This document shows positions 56,521 to 64,000 of a stretch of DNA of 64,000 bases, one piece after another. The notes beneath the pieces were generated by a model. It was not told where the DNA came from and searched no databases. It saw nothing but the letters and a program-made list of their open reading frames with translations. Source of the stretch: a virus; IMG/VR virus record IMGVR_UViG_3300010389_000013, positions 9 to 64,008 of that record. One strand, given 5' to 3'. The translations under genes were made by a program, and so were the position numbers. The first letter of the stretch is position 1. Each line of letters opens with the position of its first letter.

Positions 56521-57423
56521 TCACTCTTCAGCAAGACGAGCAAAGTAGGACAGAGCATCGTCATCATCAACGACTGCCTCTTCCTTTACAGGAGAGGGAG
56601 CAGCAGTCACACGACTACGGAACGACGAGGGTTCAGGAGCAGCGACAGGTTCATACTCTTCGTCATCCACAGAGGGGACGGAAGCAGGACGTGAACCAAT
56701 GCCAAGCACCATGTTCAGACGACGCTCAAGATCCTCGTAGGACTTGAACTGGTCTTTGTTAGTGAACGCTTCCAGAGAGTGCTCGGACTTCCAGATGCCT
56801 TCCAGTTCATCATCGTCTGCACTGAGAGCAGAGACACTATCAAACTCAGAAGAATCATAGTTCCAGTAACCAGCAACTTTCTTGATCTTCAGTTTGAAGT
56901 TAGCACCTTCCCAAAGGTCAAAGACATTGACGGGGGTCTCGTCTTGGAACTCGGGTTGCATAGCAGCAAGGATCTTGTCATGGATCTTCTTGCCATACTT
57001 GTAGAGGAACACCTTGCCCTCGTTCTCAGGGTGCTTAGGATCCTTCACGACAAGGATGTTACTGTAATACTGGAGCTTACGCTTCTGCTTACGAGCAGTC
57101 TCTTTGTCTTCATCACTACCGCTGTTCCAGAGACGGCGGTTGACTTCACCAACGGGATCCTTCTCGTTGAGAGTGGTCAGGGAGTTCTCAATGTACCAAC
57201 CACCAGGACCTTGGAAGGCATGGGAGTACAGTTTTGCCCAGGGGATAGTCTCACCTTCAGGGGCGGGGAGGAAACGGATAACAGCGTACCCGTTGCCAGA
57301 AGCGTCAACCTCTGGTTTCCAGAAACGGTCATCAACGTTCTTACCGCTGGATGACTTTTCAAGTTCCTTCTGGAGGAAGTCAAAGTTGTTCTGGGATTTA
57401 CGCTTCAGATCTGCGAATGACAT
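56521..57423 (-). CDS. gp32: single-stranded DNA binding protein gp32
   Basis: DDRFWK...GNGYAVIRFLP...HAFQGPGGWYIENS...YKYGKKI.DKI...FDLWEGANFKLK; acidic tail. Confidence 0.97.
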   Translation of the reverse strand: MSFADLKRKSQNNFDFLQKELEKSSSGKNVDDRFWKPEVDASGNGYAVIRFLPAPEGETIPWAKLYSHAFQGPGGWYIENSLTTLNEKDPVGEVNRRLWNSGSDEDKETARKQKRKLQYYSNILVVKDPKHPENEGKVFLYKYGKKIHDKILAAMQPEFQDETPVNVFDLWEGANFKLKIKKVAGYWNYDSSEFDSVSALSADDDELEGIWKSEHSLEAFTNKDQFKSYEDLERRLNMVLGIGSRPASVPSVDDEEYEPVAAPEPSSFRSRVTAAPSPVKEEAVVDDDDALSYFARLAEE

Positions 57424-57477
57424 TCGGATTACCTCGGATTAGTTTGGATTTGGTTTGTGATGCCCTATCACTCAATC

Positions 57478-57518
57478 ATTATACATGGGCACAGGGTAGG
57501 GCGTCAATCCCCTGTGCC
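57478..57518 (-). promoter_or_regulatory. sigma70-like gp32 promoter inside a stem-loop
   Basis: TTGACG-18-TATAAT; 9-bp GGCACAGGG/CCCTGTGCC stem encloses the -35. Confidence 0.8.
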
Positions 57519-57848
57519 ACTTTTCAAGATGTCCTGAAACTCACGGACCTTGCCCAGGAGTTCGTCAAACATATCATTAGGGCTGAGATTATTATTCCCA
57601 CCCAACAAAACAACTGCTTGCTTGATGCTTTCAGCAACAGACTTTGCTTCTGGGTCATCACTCAAACAGATGCGAGCATGAAAGATCTTTTGTTTTTCAA
57701 TTAACTTTTCCAGTGCCTCAAAGTATTCCAACTTTCTCTCTTTATCTAAGAGAGTAAGGTTCATGGCACAACGAAAACAAAACTCTTGTAACACGGTCAT
57801 CTCTTGGATCTCACCGCGTACTAATTCAGACTGGAAAAAACTACTCAT
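57504..57848 (-). CDS. conserved cyanophage protein (DUF1825-like)
   Basis: FFQSE.VR.E...LIEKQK.F..R..LSDDPEA. Confidence 0.8.
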   Translation of the reverse strand: MSSFFQSELVRGEIQEMTVLQEFCFRCAMNLTLLDKERKLEYFEALEKLIEKQKIFHARICLSDDPEAKSVAESIKQAVVLLGGNNNLSPNDMFDELLGKVREFQDILKSGTGD

Positions 57849-58102
57849 TACACCAACATCAACTTTGCTCTGGACGTTTTCTTGATGAAGTTTAACTTCT
57901 GTGCTTCATATTTAAGCTTCTCTTTCAATGGTTTTGAGATCAACTTGGGTACGGATTCCACTTCAATCTCATTTAGTTCACAAAGATGCAGCACCGCATC
58001 AATGTAGTTCATGTCTTGATTACTGAGAGCTATTTTTTCAACTTCTTGAGAGAACTTCGCACTTGTCATAAATTTATCTTCCAATAAGTTCTTTTTTTCC
58101 AT
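57848..58102 (-). CDS. gp33: late transcription co-activator gp33
   Basis: FS.EVE...NYIDAV...C..NEIEVESV.KLISKPLKEKLK.EA..LNF. Confidence 0.9.
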   Translation of the reverse strand: MEKKNLLEDKFMTSAKFSQEVEKIALSNQDMNYIDAVLHLCELNEIEVESVPKLISKPLKEKLKYEAQKLNFIKKTSRAKLMLV

Positions 58103-58772
58103 ATCGTGTCTTGTATTCGTCTATGTACTGGATTAATTGCAAAAGATATTCCTTCTTAGGCGGAACAACCTTGACCTGTGTCTCTCCGTTTTCACAGGCA
58201 ACGATAGTAACGAGTTGCTTAACACTCAATCCATAGATCTCTTGAAGACAACAAGCGTATGCTGTTTCCTGAACAAAGTAATCGTATAAGTAACTATCTT
58301 TCTTTGGTTCAGCAGCAGTCTTGAAGTCAATGATAGATAATACTCCATCAAATTCAGCGATGCAATCAACGCGACCAGCAACTTCTAGATGGTCGGAATA
58401 AAGTGCTGCCTCTTGTAGGTAAATATTATTTATGCGGTCTAGGACATCCCTAGAATGATGAAACATAAGTACAGGAAGAGGATGCTGCTTGTACTCCTTC
58501 AGTTGTAGGCGATTGTTTAGATAATCTTCCGTGATGCTGTGGTATTTTGTACCACGACCTGCGGAACGTGCAGAGATATTCGCTGCTTTTTCTTTACCGA
58601 CACGTGCTCTCCACTTAGCAAGACCTGCTTGCTTCTTAGAATTATTGCTAATCACAGTGGTGATTGACGGATATTGATTGCCAGATGGTGTTAGATAGAC
58701 ACGTTTTCCATCTACCATTTCTGCGGTCATCTCAACAGGAGTCAGATCACCAACATGATTAAACAATTGCAT
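58074..58772 (-). CDS. PD-(D/E)xK exonuclease (Cas4/RecB-like)
   Basis: YPSITTV...RGT.YH...E..LYS...AGRVDCIAEFDG.LSIIDFKT...Q..AYA. Confidence 0.9.
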   Translation of the reverse strand: MQLFNHVGDLTPVEMTAEMVDGKRVYLTPSGNQYPSITTVISNNSKKQAGLAKWRARVGKEKAANISARSAGRGTKYHSITEDYLNNRLQLKEYKQHPLPVLMFHHSRDVLDRINNIYLQEAALYSDHLEVAGRVDCIAEFDGVLSIIDFKTAAEPKKDSYLYDYFVQETAYACCLQEIYGLSVKQLVTIVACENGETQVKVVPPKKEYLLQLIQYIDEYKTRYGKKELIGR

Positions 58773-59521
58773 TACAAACCAAGCGTCAATTTACTAATTA
58801 GATAAGACTTCACAAGTCCAGAGCGAACAATATCATTCACTCCAAATTCTACCATAGAAAACTCTTCCATGTTCTCTAGGATGCGTTGGAAGTCAAGGAT
58901 ACCAGTGCGTTCATTTGTTTTCTGTAGGTCAGACTGATTGACATCACCACAGAAACAAATCTTACTGTCCTGTCCAATACGAGTCATGATTGAATCAAGT
59001 TCGTGGAAGTTCAGGTTCTGACACTCGTCAACAATAACGATAGCATTGTCTAGTGTAGTGCCACGAAGGAAAGATGTAGACCAGAAAGAGATAGTCTCCT
59101 GATGCTTAAGATTCTCATAGAGCATCTCAAAACTATTGTCATCAGGCATCTCAAACATGTGCTTCACCATATTCTTGTAAGGAATCTGATAGAGCGATGC
59201 TTTATCTTCGTGTGTGCCAGGGAGGAATCCAATCTCTCTGGTTGCTACAAGTGAACGGACAATGTAGAGTTTCTCATAAGGAGATTCTTCATTCAGGATA
59301 TCCTGCAGTGCTAAGTACAAAGCAATGAATGTTTTACCTGTACCTGCCGCACCATAGGCAAAGATGTTTTTGCCTTCACCCCATTGATCAAAGAACAACT
59401 CTTGGTTGTCTGTCAGTGGTGTGATATCTAGAAGGTAAGACTCATTGATTGGTTTCTTACGCTTCAATTGCTTCCGTGACATTCCTTGTCCAGGTGCTTT
59501 GTTGCCTCTACCTCTTGCCAT
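58772..59521 (-). CDS. phoH: PhoH family ATPase
   Basis: GAAGTGKT, IGFLPG, FLRGTTL, DECQN, GD..QSDL, DIVRSG. Confidence 0.95.
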   Translation of the reverse strand: MARGRGNKAPGQGMSRKQLKRKKPINESYLLDITPLTDNQELFFDQWGEGKNIFAYGAAGTGKTFIALYLALQDILNEESPYEKLYIVRSLVATREIGFLPGTHEDKASLYQIPYKNMVKHMFEMPDDNSFEMLYENLKHQETISFWSTSFLRGTTLDNAIVIVDECQNLNFHELDSIMTRIGQDSKICFCGDVNQSDLQKTNERTGILDFQRILENMEEFSMVEFGVNDIVRSGLVKSYLISKLTLGL

Positions 59522-59524
59522 AAT

Positions 59525-59788
59525 TTACCACTGATAACTATCTTTGTGTCGTGTTGAGTTCCCGTAACCAGGAACTTGTTTTACCTTGGCCATCACATCC
59601 TTCCAACCAGGATGTGTCTTGGACATTTTATCACGCCAGTCACCGACTTCGCCAGCACTAGCACAACCTTGAGACCAATCTTTGTCCCAGTCAGGATTTT
59701 CTTCTTTCCACTGGACGTACTCTGCCATGGGCATGTAGAGTTCTTTTGTTTCTCCAGTCTTTAAATTTTTAACAGGATAAGTAGGCAT
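59525..59788 (-). CDS. conserved cyanophage hypothetical protein
   Basis: MPTYPVKNLKTGE...W...NPDW. Confidence 0.8.
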   Translation of the reverse strand: MPTYPVKNLKTGETKELYMPMAEYVQWKEENPDWDKDWSQGCASAGEVGDWRDKMSKTHPGWKDVMAKVKQVPGYGNSTRHKDSYQW

Positions 59789-60438
59789 CAATTCCACTCC
59801 AAAGCTTCAGCACAAACAGGAAATTGTTCCACAAAGATTTGCTTACAGGCGTTAGCAATATCCATGTGTTCTTTCTGAGTACCATGGGCACTCCGTAGAT
59901 CTATATAGTGGATCCAAGAACGAACAGATCCTGTCATGTAGATACGGGTGGGTGTTGCCAATGGCAATACAAAACGAGCACACTCCTTTGCGATTCCCAT
60001 CTCTAGCATGTGCTTGTAGATGTCCATACCACTCTGGAAGTGTCGCTTGATAGTGATCTCAAGTTCTTGTTGAACGAAAGGATCAACATCATCAATAGAG
60101 TTCTGACGGTTCTTAGTATCCTGACGGCGAAGATCAAACATAGGGATCTCATCTGCCAAGAGAGAACTGTCAGCATACCGCTGAGAAAACTCTTGATATG
60201 TGAAGGATCTATGACGCAAAATTTGAGCTGCGATACCCCTGGTGGTATTGATCTCAAGGGTCATGTGTGCCTGCTCAAAGACGCTCCAGTGCCCATGCTT
60301 GATGCAGTAGGACAGGAGACCAGCAACCTTAGGATTGTCCTGGTTGTTCGGGTTGCTGACTCTCGCCACGTACCCCATCATCTTCTCCGCTTCGGGAGTC
60401 ACTGACACTAGATTGACCAACCCATGTTGTTGCTTCAT
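59788..60438 (-). CDS. thyX: FAD-dependent thymidylate synthase
   Basis: RHRSFTYQEFSQRY (RHRx7S), H.S.FE, KECAR.VLP, LRS..GTQ.EH. Confidence 0.96.
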   Translation of the reverse strand: MKQQHGLVNLVSVTPEAEKMMGYVARVSNPNNQDNPKVAGLLSYCIKHGHWSVFEQAHMTLEINTTRGIAAQILRHRSFTYQEFSQRYADSSLLADEIPMFDLRRQDTKNRQNSIDDVDPFVQQELEITIKRHFQSGMDIYKHMLEMGIAKECARFVLPLATPTRIYMTGSVRSWIHYIDLRSAHGTQKEHMDIANACKQIFVEQFPVCAEALEWN

Positions 60439-60607
60439 TCTTAAATCCTTTACTCAGTCGTTCACGTTTTGCAGCGAGATCTCTCTTGGCAGTGAAGAGT
60501 GCTTTCTTCATGTACAAGATCTCTTCATTACTATACAGCATCGGGTTCTTTTCCGCAAGCTTGATCGCTTTCTTTGCTGCTTTGATTGTATCCTTGTATC
60601 TCATTAA
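60329..60607 (-). CDS. hypothetical protein (MRYKDTIKAAKKAIK...)
   Basis: Basic helical ORF; its tail overlaps the thyX start by about 110 nt. Confidence 0.65.
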   Translation of the reverse strand, partial: LMRYKDTIKAAKKAIKLAEKNPMLYSNEEILYMKKALFTAKRDLAAKRERLSKGFKNEATTWVGQSSVSDSRSGEDDGVRGESQQPEQPGQS

Positions 60608-60623
60608 GGGATTTCCTCCATGT

Positions 60624-60788
60624 TTAATCCGCATACCCGTCGTCGTCATCACGACCCTGATAGAACCCAAGCTTGGGGTTTCCTATCTCGCTTTTGTAAG
60701 CGTTAACATCGGAATAAACCTCGCTCTCAAGTGCATTAGTCAGAGACTTGAGGTTCTTTACGATGAGTTTTAGTCTCTCTTTATCCAT
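60624..60788 (-). CDS. conserved cyanophage hypothetical protein
   Basis: MDKERLKLIVKNLKSLTNALESEVYSD, read by hand. Confidence 0.75.
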   Translation of the reverse strand: MDKERLKLIVKNLKSLTNALESEVYSDVNAYKSEIGNPKLGFYQGRDDDDGYAD

Positions 60789-60812
60789 GTATTTATTCTA
60801 ACATGTGTCAGG

Positions 60813-60850
60813 ATTATAGCATAAAAAAAGGAGGGGCGTCAACCCCTCCT
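60813..60850 (-). terminator. intrinsic terminator overlapping a sigma70 promoter
   Basis: AGGAGGGG/CCCCTCCT stem plus U tract; TTGACG in the loop and TATAAT 18 nt downstream. Confidence 0.85.
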
Positions 60851-61006
60851 GTTACTTGCTTCAACTTCAAGCAGACGCTCAAAGTATTCATGCAAGTGCA
60901 TATTATAGCAGGACCAGTATGTTACTCCTCTATATTTGAGTTGATAACAACTGGGTGGTCTGCTATCTTTATCCATGTCATCATGATGATAGACATAGTT
61001 TTCCAT
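60839..61006 (-). CDS. DUF4278-like small protein
   Basis: Start MENYVY; LKYRGVTY motif. Confidence 0.7.
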   Translation of the reverse strand: MENYVYHHDDMDKDSRPPSCYQLKYRGVTYWSCYNMHLHEYFERLLEVEASNRRG

Positions 61007-61007
61007 A

Positions 61008-61172
61008 TCACTTGTTATAAGTGTGACCGCGATAGCAGAATGTTCCATGAACTTCTTCAGCACCTTGCTGGCACTCATAGCGAACACCACGATAAGTGGT
61101 CATCGCAATCTGAGCATCGTGAAGTGCTGCTTGCTTCTGGATCTGCTTCTTGATAAGGGTTAGTGTGTTCAT
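61008..61172 (-). CDS. DUF4278-like small protein with two YRG motifs
   Basis: AGGAG RBS; MNTLT...TTYRGVRY...FCYRGHTY. Confidence 0.8.
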   Translation of the reverse strand: MNTLTLIKKQIQKQAALHDAQIAMTTYRGVRYECQQGAEEVHGTFCYRGHTYNK

Positions 61173-61206
61173 TGTAGGTACTCCTAAAGAAATGAGATAA
61201 TTAAAT

Positions 61207-61467
61207 CCCGTTCCTTCAGTCGTGTGCGTCCTTGCTATCAAAACAATGAGGATCTGTATGATTCATCCAGTGGATGAGAAGATCAGATTTCTCAAAGGGA
61301 GTGAAAAGAGTTGTCTCTTCCAATCCTTGCTTCAACCATTCATAGTCTTCACAGCGAAGATAATTCTCCACTGGGACATGACTAAAGAAAATCAAAGCGA
61401 GTGATAACATAGGATGAACGCTCCGTTCCGCGACTTACTTGCGTCCCACCCGAGAGCGGGATGAACG
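61207..61467 (-). ncRNA. glutamine-riboswitch-like (glnA / Downstream-peptide family) double aptamer region
   Basis: Two copies each of CGUUCA-UCC, GGA-CGCA and GGAACGG; AGUA/GAA E-loop strands; complementary AGUCG/CGACU. Confidence 0.75.
61216..61410 (-). CDS. 64-aa ORF nested within the riboswitch-like RNA
   Basis: GGAG 9 nt upstream of the ATG; hydrophobic N-terminus; C...C pair. Confidence 0.65.
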   Translation of the reverse strand: MLSLALIFFSHVPVENYLRCEDYEWLKQGLEETTLFTPFEKSDLLIHWMNHTDPHCFDSKDAHD

Positions 61468-61474
61468 TATGGTT

Positions 61475-61503
61475 ATTATACCATACTATGTATGCTTTGA
61501 CAA
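61475..61503 (-). promoter_or_regulatory. sigma70-like promoter of the riboswitch locus
   Basis: TTGTCA-17-TATAAT with TG extension; predicted start near 61468-61469, at the aptamer 5' end. Confidence 0.85.
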
Positions 61504-61522
61504 TTGTATTGGTTAATACAGT

Positions 61523-61942
61523 TTATGGTTCGTAATGCCTAACCATATACCGCTCCAGTGCTCTGACACCAGCAAGAGTGTCACCTGCCCTAGAAATACT
61601 GACATTACAATCATCACAAATGTATCCACGGAACTCCCCTGTGATATGGCAATGATCTAATTGTAGTGACTTGCGGTAAGGTCCACTAGGAACTTTACCA
61701 CAACAATCACAAGGAGTACCGTCTGGTGGTTTGGGATAGAGTTTTTTAAGATCTCGGATTACTTTCGCTTCTTTACGGATGCAATCTTTACAATCAATAT
61801 TGATGCGTTTCTTTATTTTACCTTCACCACGACGACTAAAGCAGTCAATTGGTTTTACAATACCACATTTCCTACAGGGTTTAGTCTTTGGTAGAAAGGA
61901 ATCGGAAAGATTTACTTCTTCTTTTTTCTTGGATCTTGCCAT
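61523..61942 (-). CDS. endonuclease VII-family (His-Me) free-standing endonuclease
   Basis: CxxC pairs plus LDHCH.TG.FRG.IC..CN. Confidence 0.85.
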   Translation of the reverse strand: MARSKKKEEVNLSDSFLPKTKPCRKCGIVKPIDCFSRRGEGKIKKRINIDCKDCIRKEAKVIRDLKKLYPKPPDGTPCDCCGKVPSGPYRKSLQLDHCHITGEFRGYICDDCNVSISRAGDTLAGVRALERYMVRHYEP

Positions 61943-62166
61943 AATTTAGGATTGGTTCTTCCCTCAGTTTGTCTCATGCTAATTACATTGCGATACTTGT
62001 CCCAATAGTAATCAAAGATTTCTACCCTCTTTCCAGCAGTAACGATGTCATAAACAACACCGTTACCATCATCAAACTCTATCAAATATGCCGTATGTGG
62101 TAGAGATCTATCTTGTGCTAATTCAGGATCACAGTTAGCATGAATGATATTTACTCCACTCGCCAT
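61912..62166 (-). CDS. conserved cyanophage hypothetical protein
   Basis: Start MASGV; CDPELAQDRSLP.TAYL...YD...IFD.Y.D. Confidence 0.75.
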   Translation of the reverse strand: MASGVNIIHANCDPELAQDRSLPHTAYLIEFDDGNGVVYDIVTAGKRVEIFDYYWDKYRNVISMRQTEGRTNPKLWQDPRKKKK

Positions 62167-62167
62167 A

Positions 62168-62599
62168 TCAAGACCTACCACCCCATTTAATTTGTGGGAA
62201 TGCCTCTTCCACACATGCCTTTGTAATCTTCCAACGTTTACCGATCTGCTTGTCCTTTGCAAGACAGAGAACTTCTGCCTCGCCAGAATGAAGACCTTCA
62301 AGCATCTGGATAAACATCATCTCACGCTTCGCTTGCTTGACGCTAGAACCACCCTTAAAGAAGTGGTGGAGCAGTCTGACCTGCTGCTCCAGTCGCGTGT
62401 GTTCTGTGCCCTCTGGTGCCTCGTTAGCGTTGTAAGGAGGGGTTCCTGGTGGGAGCAAACTAACTAGAGACTCATCAAAATTTACAATTAGAACAGACCT
62501 CAATGCCTGGGAGTTGTACTCCTGCAGCAGTGTGATCTTTTCTTTTTTAGTCTTAGCGTTGGATACTTTCTGGAGCACCTCATGCATCAAAAGTTTCAT
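62168..62599 (-). CDS. conserved cyanophage hypothetical protein
   Basis: MKLLMHEVLQKVSNAKTK...LPPG..P...REMMFIQMLEGLH..EAE. Confidence 0.85.
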   Translation of the reverse strand: MKLLMHEVLQKVSNAKTKKEKITLLQEYNSQALRSVLIVNFDESLVSLLPPGTPPYNANEAPEGTEHTRLEQQVRLLHHFFKGGSSVKQAKREMMFIQMLEGLHSGEAEVLCLAKDKQIGKRWKITKACVEEAFPQIKWGGRS

Positions 62600-62813
62600 C
62601 GTCATCGTCCTCAATAAATCTCACTGATAATAGTTCTTCGTTAATAACAAGTCCTTCGTCATCATACATCTCGGGATGCATGTTCTGGAACTCTTCTCTG
62701 GTATAGAAATAGTCATGCATAAAGTCTTTAACTGTCCACCCTGCTACAACCCCGACACATAAAAATATGAAAGATGATGTTGCCGAGAAAAATAGGATTG
62801 TTGCCGTTTCCAT
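62580..62813 (-). CDS. conserved membrane-anchored hypothetical protein
   Basis: N-terminal TM helix, HPEMYD..G motif, acidic tail. Confidence 0.75.
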   Translation of the reverse strand: METATILFFSATSSFIFLCVGVVAGWTVKDFMHDYFYTREEFQNMHPEMYDDEGLVINEELLSVRFIEDDDDETFDA

Positions 62814-62832
62814 ATTCCAACTCCTGTTGTGG

Positions 62833-63006
62833 TTACTGCCTGCCCCACCTCAGTTCCAAGTTAAATTCAACTTTACGTTTGAGGAGGGAGAATGTTTGCT
62901 TGAACCCAAAACCTCTCATGGGTTTTGGTGCCTTGTCTTCTTTAGCCCTCCTTAGCATGAGCTCTATGCCCTTATTTATGTTGATATCCTTATCATTTTT
63001 TGGCAC
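62833..63006 (-). CDS. hypothetical protein (..INKGIELMLRR..)
   Basis: 57-aa GTG-start ORF read by hand, fills the gap between neighbours. Confidence 0.6.
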   Translation of the reverse strand: MPKNDKDININKGIELMLRRAKEDKAPKPMRGFGFKQTFSLLKRKVEFNLELRWGRQ

Positions 63007-63238
63007 TTACAAAACCCTCTTTCACTAAGAGTTGTGCTACTTCAACCAGACTAGTGTAATGTTTTTCGTCAATTACAGTAAAAGGAAATCCAACTGCATC
63101 GGGAAAATTTTTTCTGAAATTTGATTTGTTGCTTGAGTCAATTAGTTCTTCCTGATACTCCAAATTTGCTCGTTTAAACAGTTCTTTTATTTGTGTACAA
63201 TAAAAGCACCCAGGGGTTGTATAAACTTTAATCTCCAT
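62993..63238 (-). CDS. nrdC: glutaredoxin
   Basis: YTTPGCFYC...FP...ID. Confidence 0.85.
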   Translation of the reverse strand: MEIKVYTTPGCFYCTQIKELFKRANLEYQEELIDSSNKSNFRKNFPDAVGFPFTVIDEKHYTSLVEVAQLLVKEGFVSAKK

Positions 63239-63265
63239 AAAAAAAGAGGGTCTGTAACGACCCCC
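63239..63265 (-). terminator. intrinsic terminator after psbD
   Basis: GGGGGTC/GACCCTC stem plus U tract. Confidence 0.75.
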
Positions 63266-63271
63266 AGTATA

Positions 63272-64000
63272 TCACAGAGCGTTGCCTCTTGGCAACACTT
63301 CTTCAGGAAATACAAAGTTTTCGTGTGGTTGGTCTACTGGAGCCATCCAGGCACGGAGTCCTTCATTGAGGAGGATGTTTTTCGTATAGAACGTTTCAAA
63401 CTCTGGATCCTCTGCTGCTCTAACTTCCTGAGACACAAAGTCATAAGCACGAAGATTGAGTGCGAGACCAATGATACCAATAGAACTTGTCCAAAGTCCC
63501 ATGACAGGAACGAAAAGCATAAAGAAGTGCAACCAACGCTTATTGCTGAAAGCAATACCAAAAATCTGAGACCAGAATCGGTTAGCAGTGACCATGGAAT
63601 AAGTTTCCTCTTCCTGAGTCGTATCAAATGCCTTGAAAGTGTTTGCTTGTTCACCATCTTCATACAAAGTATTCTCTACTGTAACACCGTGGATTGCAGA
63701 AAGCAATGCACCACCCAGGATACCTGCCACACCCATCATATGAAATGGATTCAGTGTCCAGTTGTGAAATCCTTGGAGGAAAAGAAGGAATCTAAAGATT
63801 GCTGCCACCCCGAAGGATGGAGCAAAGAACCACGAGGACTGACCCAGTGGGTAGATAAGGAATACGCTGACAAAGACAGCAATAGGACCAGAGAACGCAA
63901 TAGCATTGTAAGGACGAATACCGACGAGACGTGAGATTTCAAACTGCCGAAGCATAAAACCTATGAGAGCAAAGGCTCCGTGGAGCGCCACAAAAGTCCA
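63272..64000 (-). CDS. psbD: photosystem II D2 protein, 5' end outside the window
   Basis: [49 protein letters not shown]. Confidence 0.98.
   Translation of the reverse strand, partial: WTFVALHGAFALIGFMLRQFEISRLVGIRPYNAIAFSGPIAVFVSVFLIYPLGQSSWFFAPSFGVAAIFRFLLFLQGFHNWTLNPFHMMGVAGILGGALLSAIHGVTVENTLYEDGEQANTFKAFDTTQEEETYSMVTANRFWSQIFGIAFSNKRWLHFFMLFVPVMGLWTSSIGIIGLALNLRAYDFVSQEVRAAEDPEFETFYTKNILLNEGLRAWMAPVDQPHENFVFPEEVLPRGNAL

Noticed and set aside
56779-57354. 191-aa and 112-aa plus-strand ORFs
   Set aside because: Antisense shadows of gp32
58074-58772. Cas4-like nuclease as a sign of a CRISPR system
   Set aside because: Standard core exonuclease in phoH-gp33 context; no array or other cas genes
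60790-60797. AATAAATA as a late promoter for ORF 60624-60788
   Set aside because: Only 2 nt from the ATG, so the start site would fall inside the ORF; the sigma70 promoter at 60813-60842 explains expression
61173-61241. N-terminal extension of the DUF4278-like ORF
   Set aside because: Overlaps the RNA motif; the AGGAG RBS supports the start at 61172
63191-63934. 247-aa plus-strand ORF
   Set aside because: Antisense shadow of psbD; no RBS or recognisable motifs
63272-64000. Intron or homing element in psbD
   Set aside because: Frame is continuous and colinear with D2 over the visible part

Overview
A 64-kb segment of a T4-like marine cyanomyovirus (Synechococcus/Prochlorococcus phage, Kyanoviridae type), almost all on the minus strand. 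In transcription order (right to left) it holds: the 3' part of psbD; glutaredoxin and conserved hypotheticals; a free-standing EndoVII-family endonuclease; a glutamine-riboswitch-like RNA locus with DUF4278-type peptides; thyX, phoH, exonuclease, gp33 and gp32; a baseplate/hub block (gp53, gp48, gp2 and gp4 on +; gp54-like, gp26, gp51-like, two tape-measure-like paralogs, gp27-like hub, cp12, split gp5); a cpeT-tRNA-pebS-cpeT bilin module; a tRNA cluster containing a permuted two-piece tmRNA; an 11.8-kb giant fiber gene and three tail-collar fiber genes; and about 15 kb of small early hypothetical ORFs with sigma70-like promoters. The strongest unexplained signals are: (1) the phage-encoded two-piece tmRNA with an apparently extended tag; (2) an interlocked double glutamine-aptamer-like fold whose long-range stem loops out a whole 64-codon ORF; (3) a U_UUU_UUC -1 frameshift candidate fusing gp26 to the gp51-like ORF; (4) both cpeT stop codons lying inside tRNA genes. 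All family assignments come from motif recognition by eye; no database search or folding program was run.
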